A DNA stretch of 64,000 bases, taken from the NCBI RefSeq assembly GCF_964204645.1, contig NC_134032.1, positions 1,918,416 through 1,982,415 of the forward strand, in the 5' to 3' direction. The position numbers and the translations under genes were made by a program. Source of the stretch: Tubulanus polymorphus. Taxonomy: Eukaryota; Animalia; Nemertea. Under the pieces are notes generated by a model. That model was given only the letters and a program-made list of their open reading frames with translations. It was not told the DNA's origin and ran no database searches. Shown in pieces: positions 49,177 through 62,400 of the stretch (within the stretch, counting starts at the first letter, position 1; the number at the start of each line of letters is the position of its first letter).

Positions 49177-52100
49177 CAGAATATTTCTATATCTATTGTG
49201 ACACTATTTCGATAAAGAAGAATTTTGAAAAAAAGCAGAACACTATATATCTGACAAGCTCTCAACGATCGATACAACAAATCTAACTACTAACGAGCAG
49301 GTGGAAAATATTTACAGCAAAATAGAATTAGAAATAATTAACGAAATTAAAAGACAAAATAGCATGGAAAATAATAAAAGATCGAAACGAGTTGACCGCT
49401 TACCTCGTAATATAGAATTAATAATTAAACGACGACGTTATTTAAAACGAGAATACGTTAAAACGCGTCACACTTATTTAAAATCACAATATAATAGATT
49501 AACTCTTGAAATTAGAAAACTTATGCGAGACCACAAAAATAACAAGACTAAAAAACTACTAGATGACATAAATACATCGAATCCGAACTCGAGTAAATTC
49601 TGGCGAGGTATTAAAAACATTAACGGTAACGTTGATAAAAAAAACATTATTTCGAATTTAGCTTATAACGATCGAACCGCGAGTAACGATAAAGATATCG
49701 TCGAACTATACGCCGACTTTTTATTCGACGTTTTTCAAACGCCTACTGATCCAAACTTCAGCGATCAACATAAACGTTTCGTAGAAGAATCCAATAGAAA
49801 CTTCGTATACGAAAATACTGAAGAAGACACGGGTCATATATTAAACGAAACAATTACTGAACTAGACATAAAACGCTATATCAAACGGTTGAAACTTAAT
49901 AAAGCACCCGGAGAAAATAGAATCACGAACGCGATTATTAAAAATTGTCCTTCGATATTTTTAACCCACCTATGTCACATTTTTAACTACTGCCAAAGAA
50001 ATGGCTACTATATATCATTCTGGAAGTCTGCGAAAATTACTATGATTACAAAAGCCGGCAAAGATGCTACACTTTGCAAATATTTGCGTCCTATCAGTTT
50101 AACCAACTCGATCGGCAAAATTTTCGAAAAAATCATGAACAATAAATTAACAGATTACTTAGAAAATACCAACTTCTTTACCGAAATACAAGCTGGTTTT
50201 CGAAAAGGACATTCGACCATAGATCAAATATTAAAAATGTCTCATGATATCGCTAAAGGCCTAAAACGTCGGCAATGCACGCGTGCTACATTTTTCGACC
50301 TAGAGAAAGCGTTCGATAAACTTTGGCACGACGGAATTATCTACAAAATTAATCATTTATCTATTCCAACCAACTTTAAGCTCTTACTAAAAAACTATCT
50401 ACAGGGTCGAACTTTTAAAGTCGCTAATGAAGGGTGTATTAGCCAGCCAAGGCAAATAAACGCTGGAGTCCCTCAAGGAGGGATTTTCTCGCCGACACTT
50501 TTTATCATCTATATAAACGATTTTCCCTCGGATACAATTAAAGCTAGTCATTATAGTCAATCGTCATTGTTCGCAGACGATATGAGTCTATGGAACACGC
50601 ACAATGTAAAAACTAAAACAATCGAAAATCTCCATCAAAAATCGATAGACAAACTAACTCAATGGAGTGACATGTGGAGGCTAAAAGTAAACGCGCTTAA
50701 ATGTGTTAGTATACACTTTAGTCGCCTAATAAATACCGACCCATACACTGAGCACACTGTTCACGGCCAACAAATACCGCTATCAAATTCTACCAAATTC
50801 CTCGGAATTACTTTTTCGTCTAATCTACGCTGGAATCTGGAAATAACAGAGAGATTAATTAAGGCAAATAAAAGAATTGGAATACTAGCTATTTTGAAAC
50901 GAAACCGCGTAAAAATGGAATACATACTCACTGCTTTTAAATTACTCATTCGATCAATCTATGAATACGGAGCTCCGATACTGGTAACTTGCCCATGTAG
51001 TCAGTTAGACCGCCTTCAAATACACCAAAATAAATGTTTACGAATCATTCTAGGCCAACCGCGCTATACAAGAACGGCAGACCTACATAAGCAAGCTCGA
51101 ATAGAAACTGTCGAACAGCGCTTTAAACTCTTAACGAAAAATTACCTAAATTCCAACCGAAATAACCCGATACTAAGGAGTGTCTTTTACGATATTTCGA
51201 GTCCATGGCCGTCTTCAGACATCGTGGAAGCGTTTAAGTCAATTCTTTAACTCTATAGCGTGTACTCTACTACGAACCGACACCCGCGTAGTCGGAGAAT
51301 TGAATGGAAGATTTCTTTGTGTTACACGAACTATATAGATTAGATTTAAATTTATTGCTCCAGAAAATTGTACATTTTTTGCGAGCACAGGATACATACA
51401 AAATAAACAGTTTGCAGTTATACAATAACAGTTGCTAGTCATACAATAACTAGTTATATTTACAATTGAAAAGTTATTTTGAAAAGTTCGTGTATACCAG
51501 GAACAGCGATGAGGTGAGGCTAGATGAGGCTATGTGCCTTTTTTATAAAAACTGCAAGATTCCTTAGGACGTTTGGGTTTTCTGACGTAAAAAGGTTCAT
51601 AAATTTTCTTATATTAGGAAACGTTACTATTTGTTGCGGTATGTACCGACTTCTTAAACTTTCGAAAAAAGTACACTCCATTATAAAAATCGGGGTCTGT
51701 AACGAAATCTAGATTTATTTTGAACAATCAACTTTATTAAGTGCGCTGTCTTTCAATGAGGCCAAGTTTAAATGTCTCTCAGTTCAATTCATTCTCGATT
51801 GTTGTTTTATAGATTAATTCACCTTGGTGCTTGAATTGTGTGGCGTGATTTTAATCATTATAGGTAGCCCGTATCTAGGTCGCTACTCCTTACACAACAC
51901 GTCACGTGAACCGAACTATATGCAGTAAAACTATATACTCTTATTAACATATCTAAGAAATGTACATTATAAGCTTTGTATATAGTAATTGACAAAGTAT
52001 TCGCGACTCCCCTTAACGGAGGAAAATCACTAGAAAACTTCTATTTTTGTGTACATAACATTAAATTGAATTTAAAGACTATATATATACATATATTTAA

Positions 52101-52432
52101 AAGAAAAAAAAAAGAAAAAAAACTATTATAACTAATCACTAACAAACTCCTGATAAGGACCGAACCGCCTAAACAGTAATAATTGTCCGTTCTGTATGTA
52201 CCTTTGCTTGAATCCTTCCACCAGTAACCTCACATCCACACAAATATCACACCACCCACATCCCCCTTAGTTCATCTCATAATAGTTCAATTCATATATC
52301 TATCATCATATCAAGCAATTAATAATGCACCTACGCGTCCTGAATGTAGGAGAGTGGCCACCACTCTCGAGCATTAAAATCGCGCTCTGCGCGTTTGTCT
52401 TTTTTATCTGCTGCTGCTGCTGCTGCTGCTGC
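49177..52432 (+). mobile_element. 5'-truncated non-LTR retrotransposon (Jockey/CR1-like LINE) with a (CTG)8 tail
   Basis: Interrupts the DNA transposon; RT ORF, ~1.15-kb 3' region, (ctg)8 at 52408-52431, possible 6-bp TSD gatttg (49171-49176 and 52433-52438). Confidence 0.8.
49301..51250 (+). CDS. LINE ORF2 reverse transcriptase (endonuclease domain truncated away)
   Basis: KAPG, LRPISL, QAGFRKGHST, FFDLEKAFD, GVPQGGIFSPTLF, LFADD and KFLGI motifs; frame open from 49229. Confidence 0.92.
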   Translation: MENIYSKIELEIINEIKRQNSMENNKRSKRVDRLPRNIELIIKRRRYLKREYVKTRHTYLKSQYNRLTLEIRKLMRDHKNNKTKKLLDDINTSNPNSSKFWRGIKNINGNVDKKNIISNLAYNDRTASNDKDIVELYADFLFDVFQTPTDPNFSDQHKRFVEESNRNFVYENTEEDTGHILNETITELDIKRYIKRLKLNKAPGENRITNAIIKNCPSIFLTHLCHIFNYCQRNGYYISFWKSAKITMITKAGKDATLCKYLRPISLTNSIGKIFEKIMNNKLTDYLENTNFFTEIQAGFRKGHSTIDQILKMSHDIAKGLKRRQCTRATFFDLEKAFDKLWHDGIIYKINHLSIPTNFKLLLKNYLQGRTFKVANEGCISQPRQINAGVPQGGIFSPTLFIIYINDFPSDTIKASHYSQSSLFADDMSLWNTHNVKTKTIENLHQKSIDKLTQWSDMWRLKVNALKCVSIHFSRLINTDPYTEHTVHGQQIPLSNSTKFLGITFSSNLRWNLEITERLIKANKRIGILAILKRNRVKMEYILTAFKLLIRSIYEYGAPILVTCPCSQLDRLQIHQNKCLRIILGQPRYTRTADLHKQARIETVEQRFKLLTKNYLNSNRNNPILRSVFYDISSPWPSSDIVEAFKSIL

Positions 52433-53471
52433 GATTTGTCTTCTATATGGCGTGTCAGGCCCCAAACGGTCACAGAATATAGCTTCAATTTACATGGTGT
52501 GAGAGGACCCGATCGGTTTTCCGTAGAAATAAATGAATAATTGTGACTGATTATCTTAAATTAGTACAATAATCATTAAGTCTTAGAAATAGGTTTATAA
52601 ATCGTTGTAAAAATATACAAAAATCGCTTATGTAAATGTAGCTGATGATCTCCTGATCGTCACGCACCATAACGGAAACCTGTGAAAAACATATTCGAAG
52701 AATTTTACATAAAAATCTTTCGATAAATATGCATCTGAATATAGTAATGAAGTAAAAACGGGATATAATTTTCTTTCAAAGTGGTTGCACTGAACGGAAT
52801 ACTTCAAAATAACGTATAAGTACATATATTTAGACAATATTTAATAAGTATATATTTAGACAATAAGTTAAGAAAAAATAGAAATTTATTACACATTGAT
52901 ACCGGTACTTGAAATTATCTCATTCAGGTTTTACACGTCGTATCGGACTTAAAAACGTGGTCCGTTCGACGCGAACATATATCTTCGTTCCGCGTGAATT
53001 ATATATAGTCTGCATTTTACTCGGGGCTTGTGACGCCATGTCAGATATGGCGTGACAAGCCCCGGGGCTTGTGACGCCATGATCTGCTGATTCTTAAGAT
53101 TGACTTCACTCGAAAATCGCGACCGGCGGCAACGTCCTTGAGCTGTCAATATCTGGTGTCTTCGTTACCGGCTTGAATTCAATTCAAATAAAAATGTATT
53201 GGCGAAGAATTTGAGAAAGATTGTGCTATTGTTTTAGCAGAATGGCTAGAAAAAGTATTGGTTCAGATTAGAAAAACAATAGCCTTTAAGCTTTTTAAGA
53301 TCCTGCTTACGCATTCATTTCTAAATTTATCAGTTGTGGTGGCAGCACCGTACGGTGTCAGAACATTAAATACTGAACCGCTGAACGCAGCTGTCAAAAT
53401 TTAGAAGCCGGCTGTTAAAAAGTGACGCGATCTGTTTTTCGAGAGAGACGGCTAAAGAATCGACCCTAGCG

Positions 53472-56400
53472 ATGGGTTCGGAGAAGACCCGAAAACGACA
53501 CGTAGGAAACTCGAATAGAAAACGATACGAAAATTCCGGTAAAATTCGCAGATATCTGAATTATATTAGGCAATAAGTTAGTCTGCGTGTTTTACGCTTA
53601 ATCAAACCTAATCTTAAACAGTTAGGCAGTCCTATGTCAACTCGATCACAGGGCCCTGTGTCCTCCAAATTTACTTGGCCCAGTTGAGAGGTAGTGTTTA
53701 GGATAAATATTTGCTAACAAAACCACCGAGCTAAAACTCCTTATATCCAGGAATGACTGATCTGTAGGGACCCTGCCTTTTTTAACTCCTTATATCCAGG
53801 AATCACTGATCTGTAGGGACACTGTTTAAACTCCTTGTATCCAGGAATCACTGATCTGCAGGGACCCTGTTTAAACTCGTTGTAAACTCCTTATATCCAG
53901 GAATCACTGATCTGCAGGGACCCTGTTTAAACTCCTTGTAAACTCCTTATATCCAGGAATGACTGATCTGCAGGGACCCTGTTAAAACTCCTTGGAAACT
54001 CCTTATATCCAGGAATGACTGATCTGCAGGGACCCTGTTAAAACTCCTTGGAAACTCCTTATATCCAGGAATCACTGATCTGCAGGAACCCTGTTTAAAC
54101 TCCTTGTAAACTCCTTATATCCAGGAATCACTGATCTGCACGGACCCTGTTTAAACTCCTTGGAAACTCCTTATATCCAGGAATGACTGATCTGTAGGGA
54201 CCCTGCCTGTTTAAAATCCTTGGAAACTCCTTATATCCAGGAATCACTGATCTGTAGGGACCCGGTTTAAACTCCTTGGAAACTCCTTATATCCAGGAAT
54301 CACTGATCTGCAGGGACCCTGTTTAAACTTCTTTTAACTCCTTATATCCAGGAATCACTGATCTGCAGGGACCCTGTTTAAACTCCTTGTAAACTCCTTA
54401 TATCCAGGAATCACTGATCTGTAGGGACCCTGTTTAAACTCCTTGTAAACTCCTTATATCCAAGAATCACTGATCTGCAGGGACCCTGTTTAAACTCCTC
54501 GGAAACTCTTTATATCCAGGAATCACTGATCTGTAGGGACCCTGTTTAACTGCTGCACTATTGTGATCTACGTTTCTGATCAGGGTTGTTTTCTTCTCAT
54601 TTCAGATCCATCTCGAAAGCGTCCGTCGTCGAAATCCAACGGAGATTCTCGAACCCACAACAACGATGACGGCGATTCCTCGCCGAAACTCTTCACAATT
54701 TTGTTCGTAATCGTCGCAGTTTTATTCGTAATTGTTGGAGTTTTCGGTTTTCTGGTTTTCGCTGAATATCTAGATTTACGAACATATTTAGGTTGGTGGC
54801 GGTAGATAAAACCCGGTCCTGAAACCGATGGTGGCAGAGTTTCGATTCTTGCTTAAATTTCCTCTTATAATCCACTTTCGATACAACGTCAACCCGCTCT
54901 AAAACCGATTGATTTAGGAAATATAGAAGTAAAGGTAGTGGCTTACAGTAAACCCTACTTAATCTGTATCAATTTCATCCAGGTTTTTCATCCTATCCAG
55001 AATTTTACATTCAAACTACATCATGGGTCTACTTAACCTTGTCAGTGCTGACTAATCATTATCCCATAGTGCTGGGGATAATGTGAAAATTGTGAAAAAT
55101 TCCACCCTAGTGTGTTGAATAACGGGAATACCACTATAGTGCGTCTACACCAGTGCAGTGTATCGTTAGTTACTAGTATTTCACTATGTTTGACAGGTGC
55201 TGCCATCTTTCAGTAGATCTAAAAACTAATTACTAATTACATCAATACACCGCAGTGCGGCGTACTAGCAAAATCCATCACTGATTCGTACACCGCACTG
55301 AAAGGGTTAAACAATATGATTTTTGCAATATCCAGATTATTCTTATCGATGCCAAAGTCCAGCAGGACCCAGTTCCACAGTTGTGAGTTAGAGTTAACTC
55401 TGAGTTAAAGTTAGTTCATTTTCAATGAGTTAACTCAGAGTCAAAATCTTAATTCAGGATCCAGTTCCACAGTTGTGAGTTAGAGTTAACTCTGAACTCA
55501 GGATCCAGTTCCACAGTTGTGAGTTAGAGTTACCTCTGATTTCTGGACCCTGTTCCACAGTTGTGAGTTAGAGCTAACTCTGAACTCAGGATCCAGTTCC
55601 ACAGTTGTGAGTTAGAGTTACCTCTGATTCCTGGACCCAGTTCCACAGTTGTGAGTTAGAGTTAACTCTGAGTTAAAGTTAGTTCATTTTTGATTAGTTA
55701 ACTAAGAGTTAAATCTTAACTCAGAACCGAGGAACTGGATCCTAGGGATTAATTGGGTTTTATTGTACGCCAAATTTCTGATAAATCGGATGAAACTCGT
55801 CTGCCCATAAAGATTCTACGACGTGACATTATTATGAAATTTGTTAGATTGAAAATGTTTTTTATTTTCGTTAGCTTTTTTACGCACGAATGAATTAAAG
55901 GCGAGATCGAATTCCGATAAGAATGAGCCGAACAAGAATTCGCAGCCCGAGAATAAGCAGAATTCCGAAGAACCCGCAAAGAATTCGCGGCCCGGTTCCT
56001 CGACTGAAGAGAGACGAAAGTCGCCAACCGATGTTATCACGAATGCAGCTGACCTTAAAATACTATCGGATATTATAAAAGCAGATACGCTTTTAGAAAA
56101 GGTATAAATATGGTATTTTTGATACAAGGACCTGGGAACGCTTATAGATAATCTGTAATACAAAATGTCCGGTGTTTGTAGTTAACATACATTCGAAACG
56201 ATCTCGGGTGAAGTCCTGAGCTTTGGACGTAACTTTTTGAAAATGCGCCGGTAAAATTAAAATGTCTAATGCCAGTGTTTGTAGTTAGGTATTCGTTAAA
56301 AGTTTCTCGGATGAAGTCTCGAACTTACGCGAAGAAATGGAAAGATGGCTATGTTTGAAATAGGGACGGATGGCCAAGGTCCGGGTTACAGATCAATAAC

Positions 56401-59400
56401 CTGCGTATAAATGAATCTTAACCCTTTCAGTGCTGAGTATTTAATACCCTATAGTGCTGAAGATAATTTGAAAATTCTGAAAATTCCACCCTAGTGTGTT
56501 GAATAACGGGAATACCACCATAGTGCGTCTACACTGCGGTGCAGTGTATCGTTAGTTACTAGTATTTCACTATGTTTGACAGGTGCTGCCATCTTTCAAG
56601 AGAGATAATTACTAATTAAATCAATACACCGCAGTGCGGTGTACTAGCAAAATCCATCACTGATTCGTACACCGCACTGAAAGGGTAAAAGATACCGGTT
56701 CGAAGAACGCTACTCGATATTATTATTATTATTTTTGCAGGGTAAAATAGAGGCGGCGTTGAAAAAATACGACGAGATTTTGGCAAAATATCCGTCGAGT
56801 TCGCGAGGCACATTCGGCAAAGCGAACGCGTTGAATAAACAGTCGGAGAAACTACGCAGTAACCCGATACTGGAGCAGTGTATCGCGTACTATCAGAAAG
56901 TCGTTGATTTACCCGACGTTCCGAAGCCTCTGTTATTAAAGGCAGCCGATATAGCCGTGGAACGCATGAATTTTAGAGGTGGTTATTCTATTCCTATTTA
57001 TCAGGGATGAAAATCTTCCGACCGTAGACGCTTTTCCGACCTTTTCTAACATTTTCTTTATTCCCGAGAACGGTGTAAATCACCTCAATCGCTTTAATCA
57101 CGGGCTCGATCGCGGGCGTCACATCGGAGCGCTCCGTAGTTTGGAGTGCTCCTTAAGACGGTTTTCGGCAGTTGTTAGCGCAACTGTGGAGTCGGAGAAA
57201 CCGATATGGCGACTCGTTAAAAAATCGGCTCTAATTCAGGCCCGAACTATTAACATTTTGACCAAAAGGAAGTAAGTTTTTTGGCTAAAAGTAACTGATT
57301 TTTGTTCCCCGAAAAAATTCTTTTTTTTTTGAAAGTATTTTCCGACTTTTTCAATATGGGTCATTTTCATCCCTGATTTATTCTGAATTTCTCTTATTTC
57401 CTCATGAACAACTATTCCAAATGCCTAGCTATAGGATTGATTAGGGATCATTTATTTATTACGTACGCATTGTGGGAGAGGGAGCGGTAAGTGCAGTCGC
57501 GTACTGCAATGCTCAATGTATAAACCAAACCCTGGTGGCGACTTGAGTTTCTCGGTCGAAACTTGGTTCTTCTCCGGTCTCTCTGGGAAAAAAGAAACAT
57601 CGAACCCGCTTATAATTCCCTGCGTGGCGCTTAGCGGGTTGAGGGTGTTTAAAAAAAATTCGTAATTTTTTATGAAAAATGGCCGATTTTGCGTGCAGGG
57701 GGGTTGAAATATTTAAATTTCATGCGTACGTAATAAATGAATGACCCCTTTGCCGGTTGAATATGTCTTTCGTTAAAAAGATGGCTTGGCATTAAACTCC
57801 ATGATGATCAATGTGATGTTTGATGTCAATGTGATGTTTGATGTCAATGTCATGGCTGCTGCTAATAGATTCCCCTAATGACATCATCAAACTACCCCCA
57901 CAGACACTTCAGAAAAGTCTCACACGCGGCTAATAAATCCTGTCACATCATCAAATTATTCCCCTGATCAACCCTTTTGAGAAAAGGTATCCGCTCGGCA
58001 ATCCTATGACAGAATCAAATTACCTTCTGAAATGATCTCTTTTCTGAAATTACGTACTTTCGTAGAAATTGATGTTTGAGTTGCTATCGGTTACAGGTTG
58101 GAACGGGGAAGCCGTCAGGTTGAGAGCAAAACTAGCGAAGATGTTTCCCGGTGATTTGAGTTTGATGAATAATTTGGGCGTCAGTCTGCTGATGATCGGA
58201 TCGAATCGAAAAGCGAAACTGGCGTTCGAAGAGGTGCGGAATGATTTGAAACGACGGCAAAAGCGTGTGTCGGGCAAATAAAGAATGGCAAAATATGCCC
58301 GCCTTAACCCTTTCAGTGCTGACTAATCAATACCCGTATAGTGCTGGAGATAATTTGAAAATTTTTAAAAATTCCACCCTAGTGTGTTGAATAACGGGAA
58401 TAGCACTATAGTGCGTCTACACCGCGGCGCGGTGTATCGTTAGTTACTAGTATTTCACTATGTTTGACAGGTGCTGCCATCTTTCAAGAGAGATAATTAC
58501 TAATTACATCAATACACCGCACTGCGGTGTACTAGCATAATCTATTGCTGATCGATACACCGCACTGCGATGTAGACGCACTGAAAGGGTTAAGAAAAAT
58601 CTGCTTATGAACTTTGAAGTTTGATTTAGGGATTACTTTAATGGAAAAATCTGATTATGAACAAGTTTGATTTAGGGGTCACTTTAATGGAAAAATCTGA
58701 TTTAGAAAATGAAGTATCTGGGCATCTATTGAGAAAATCATTGAGCCACTTAAACGCAGGCGTGGATCCATAGGGGGTTTCAGGGGTCATGAACCGCCCC
58801 CCGCCCCCTGCTCAACTACCAAAAAGATTTTTAATCATTTCCTTGAAGGAATGTACTCAAGATTAAGCGGGCGGACGGGACCACATAATCGAGTACCATA
58901 TCATCTTATGTTTGGCTAAACGATATGCCGTATATACCCCCTATCAGAGATTTTAGTCGATGGTTTAACATTAACATTCTTTATGGACCTGGATCCGCGC
59001 GCCTGTTACCTGCCCGGTTAAGATAGTTACCTACCCATTTAGATATTAAGTTTAGTACGTTTTCTGTGTTCTAGGGTGAAAGCCACATTAAAGATTAACA
59101 ATTTCTAGAAATATGCTTTCCTTGATTTAAGCATTTTGAAGGCTGTATATTTGTCCGATTCAGGCTTATGAATTCCGGTTTAGAGGCAGAATTTATATTT
59201 GCAATGAATTTGAATGGGAAAATTTGTAATTTTTTGGCTGTTTACGCGACCAACACTCTAGACGTATTCCGTATTTTCAGGTTCTCGAAAAAGATCCCCA
59301 GAACGGATTCGCCCAGGCCCATTACGGGTTCATTTTGAAGACGGATGATCAGAATTTCCCGCTGGCGATTCGCTATCTGAAGTCGGGGCTCGCTAGCAAA

Positions 59401-62400
59401 CAGCCCGGCACGAATAAAGGCTTGTTTTATGTCCACCTCGGCGACGCTTTGAATCGAAACGGACAGAAAAATGAGGTAACTATATAACCCGCCCGCGCGT
59501 GAAAATGGGGGCTTATCGAGGGGTCTTCTCAGAATTCTAGGGGCGTACCTAAAAGAAAAGGGCACCGATAACCACCGAGCGCAGCGCGCGAGGCTAACAC
59601 TTTCAGCGCGAAGCCCTTCCGCGGGGTCTGCGGCCTTCCCAGAAAATTTTGAGATTCCAGCACTCATTTGAAGCCGTTTCCTGCGTTTTGAGTCGTAAAA
59701 TTGTTTTGAGAGCAAAATGTTTCGAGGGCACTTAAGAATTTTTTGAGGGTTTTCCAGAAAACCTGTTAGTCCCCCTAGGCAGGGGTCAGAAATAAAAGTA
59801 AAAGGCAAAGTAAAGGCCACAAGCGAGTTTCCATCATACGCGTTTGATATTTTGAAGGAAATTCATTCAAAAATGCGATTCCTGGGAGGATTTCGACATC
59901 TTTGTTATGACAAAAAGGGCATTTGAAGGCAGAGGCATAGACTCCACAACCACCCCCTGGAGCTGCCACTGGAATACGTGTTGAGAATTGAACAATGTTA
60001 CCCATGTTTAACAGATTACACATGCACATACCTGTCAAATTGCACATGCACATGTTTATTTATTTCTACAGAGCTCATATAATCAATGCGCTCTACTATT
60101 TTCAAAGTGACAGAGCAAAATAAGGCGCAAACATTTTCATGTTCATCAAACTTCACATGAAATATGAATGACTTATTAAACTCAGTACAGGGACTCTCCG
60201 TCCGCCATTTTGTCCATTTTATTCATCATCTTTTATTCAGACAGGAGACACTTAATGGCTCGAGTGTCACAGTTGTTACAATTTCATATGACAAATGGAA
60301 AAATGGAGATATTTCGTGAATTAAATTGATTTAACAGTGACACTGACGAGATGTACTGAATATGATGAGTCAGACCAACTGGTGGTGCATCAGACACTAA
60401 GGTTCTCGGTGTAAAACACTTAAAGGGCGACCTCTATGGGAAGGCAGCGGTGAGGACTCCACAACCAGCCGCTGGAACGCGTGTTTAGAATTGCAAAGTT
60501 TTGCCCATGTTTTACAGATAGCACATGCACATACCTGTAAAATGGCACATGTACATTTTGCTAGTATGAGTCAAACGATAATGATGATATATTTATTTCT
60601 ACGTAGCTCATATAATCAATGCGCTTTACTTTTCTCGAAGTGATAAAGCAAAATAAGACACAACATTTTCATGTCGATCAAACTTTACACGAAATATCAA
60701 TGACTTATTAGACTCTGCACAGGGAAAATCCTGTCCGCCATTTTGTCCATTTTATTCATGATCTTTTATTCAAACAAGAGACACTTAACAACTTAAGTCT
60801 CCAGGTGGTTACATTTTCAAATGAGAAAAAAAGGGAGATATTTCGTGATGTAAATGTCAGAAAATTAATTAAGGTTTTACTGTCAGTGATATTTGGCGAG
60901 ATATAATGAATGTGAGATATCTTTATACAAATTTCAAATTAATGTTCTGTATCGTTTTAGATGTTATAAGTAGATTTTGAAAGCTTGTGATTTACGTTTC
61001 CTTTTTTCCCTCGACTTGGGGGATTCGAAGTTTATATATACGGAATATTGTCATCTTGGAGTCAGTAAACTTGGATATTGAGTCATCTTGGAGTCGGTGA
61101 ACTTTGATATTGATTCATCTTGGAGTCAGTGGACTTGGATATTGAGTCACCTTTGAGTCGGTGAACTTTGATATTGATTCATCTTGGAGTCAGTGGACTT
61201 GGATATTGAGTTATCTTGGAGTCAGTGAACTTGGATATTGAGTCATCTTGGAGTCAGTGAACTTGGATATTGAGTTATAGGCTATTTTAAACATACGATC
61301 AGCCGCGGGATCTCTTTACGGATCTCGGTTCCCGTAGCGATATACAGGAAGAAATTGATCGAATAGTTGCTGATATAGATTACGGTGAAAATATCGTCGA
61401 GGATTTTCAGCGAGCGGCTCGTCGTCCCGATCATAACGATCTGTATCAGCCAATGCGGTAGCGTCAACGCTAAAAACGACATGGTCAGAATGAACATCAT
61501 CGCGGTCACTTTGTGACTGTGCGACCGTCTCTTGTCGGACGCGTTTGAATCGAAATCGACTTTTAACAGCTGGCAGGTTCGCGCCGAAATGACGCTGTTC
61601 AGGACGACGATTCCTATCGACGGCGCGTACACGGACAGGGAACTGTAGAAAACTTTCAGATATTTCTTCGCGTGAGCGGGATAAACGCAGCCCGCGCCCC
61701 GTATATAGTAGATCGGCGTCAACGATTGCAGTGCGGTGACGAAACCGACCAGGAATACGGACATTCCGGTGACGGTTATTCGGGAATTCCTGACGGTACA
61801 GATTCGACGAACCGCGAACGGGAAACACACGCAGACGAATCGTTCGGACGCGATAGTCGTCATGAACCAGGCCGATAAAGTCTGACTGGTCGTCGGCAAG
61901 ATACCGATCATCAAACAGCGGGGCGTCGATTCTATTTCGACGATCAGAGAACCGCCGGTCTGCAACGAAACGAAATTCATCCAGAACAGAAAGTACGGTA
62001 TCAACACGGCCGAGTCGGTGACGGCCAGCGCAGTCAGGTAAACGGAAAACGTGTTGCGGCGGAGGTTCCTCGACTGCATGAGGACGACCGTGAACGAGTT
62101 AAACAGGAACCCGCCGATAACCAGCACCGGTAAGACGACCAGGTGCATCCAGTATTCCGACAACCTCATCTCGGCCGCGTTGACGAAACGATTCTCAATT
62201 ACTTTCGACCAATAGGTGACCAGTAAGTTTGCACCGGTGCTCATGTTCCTAACAGTTTCACCGCCCATGTTGATTGATACTGACGCCGCTCAGCCAGCTA
62301 AATGAATAGTCTATTAGTGATGAATCAGTTTATTGTGATATTTTTCACGCGCGCTCGTCGTTTAAGTAAAGCAGCGGAACGGAATTGATCTTTAATATCG

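Larger units (their letters stand above)
47752..53111. mobile_element. Large non-autonomous DNA transposon, copy 2 (both TIRs, LINE inserted inside)
   Basis: Left end caatcttaagacc...atggcgtcacaagcccc...gcttgtcacgccata; right end tatggcgtgacaagccccggggcttgtgacgccat...cttaagattg, an imperfect inverted match. Confidence 0.8.
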
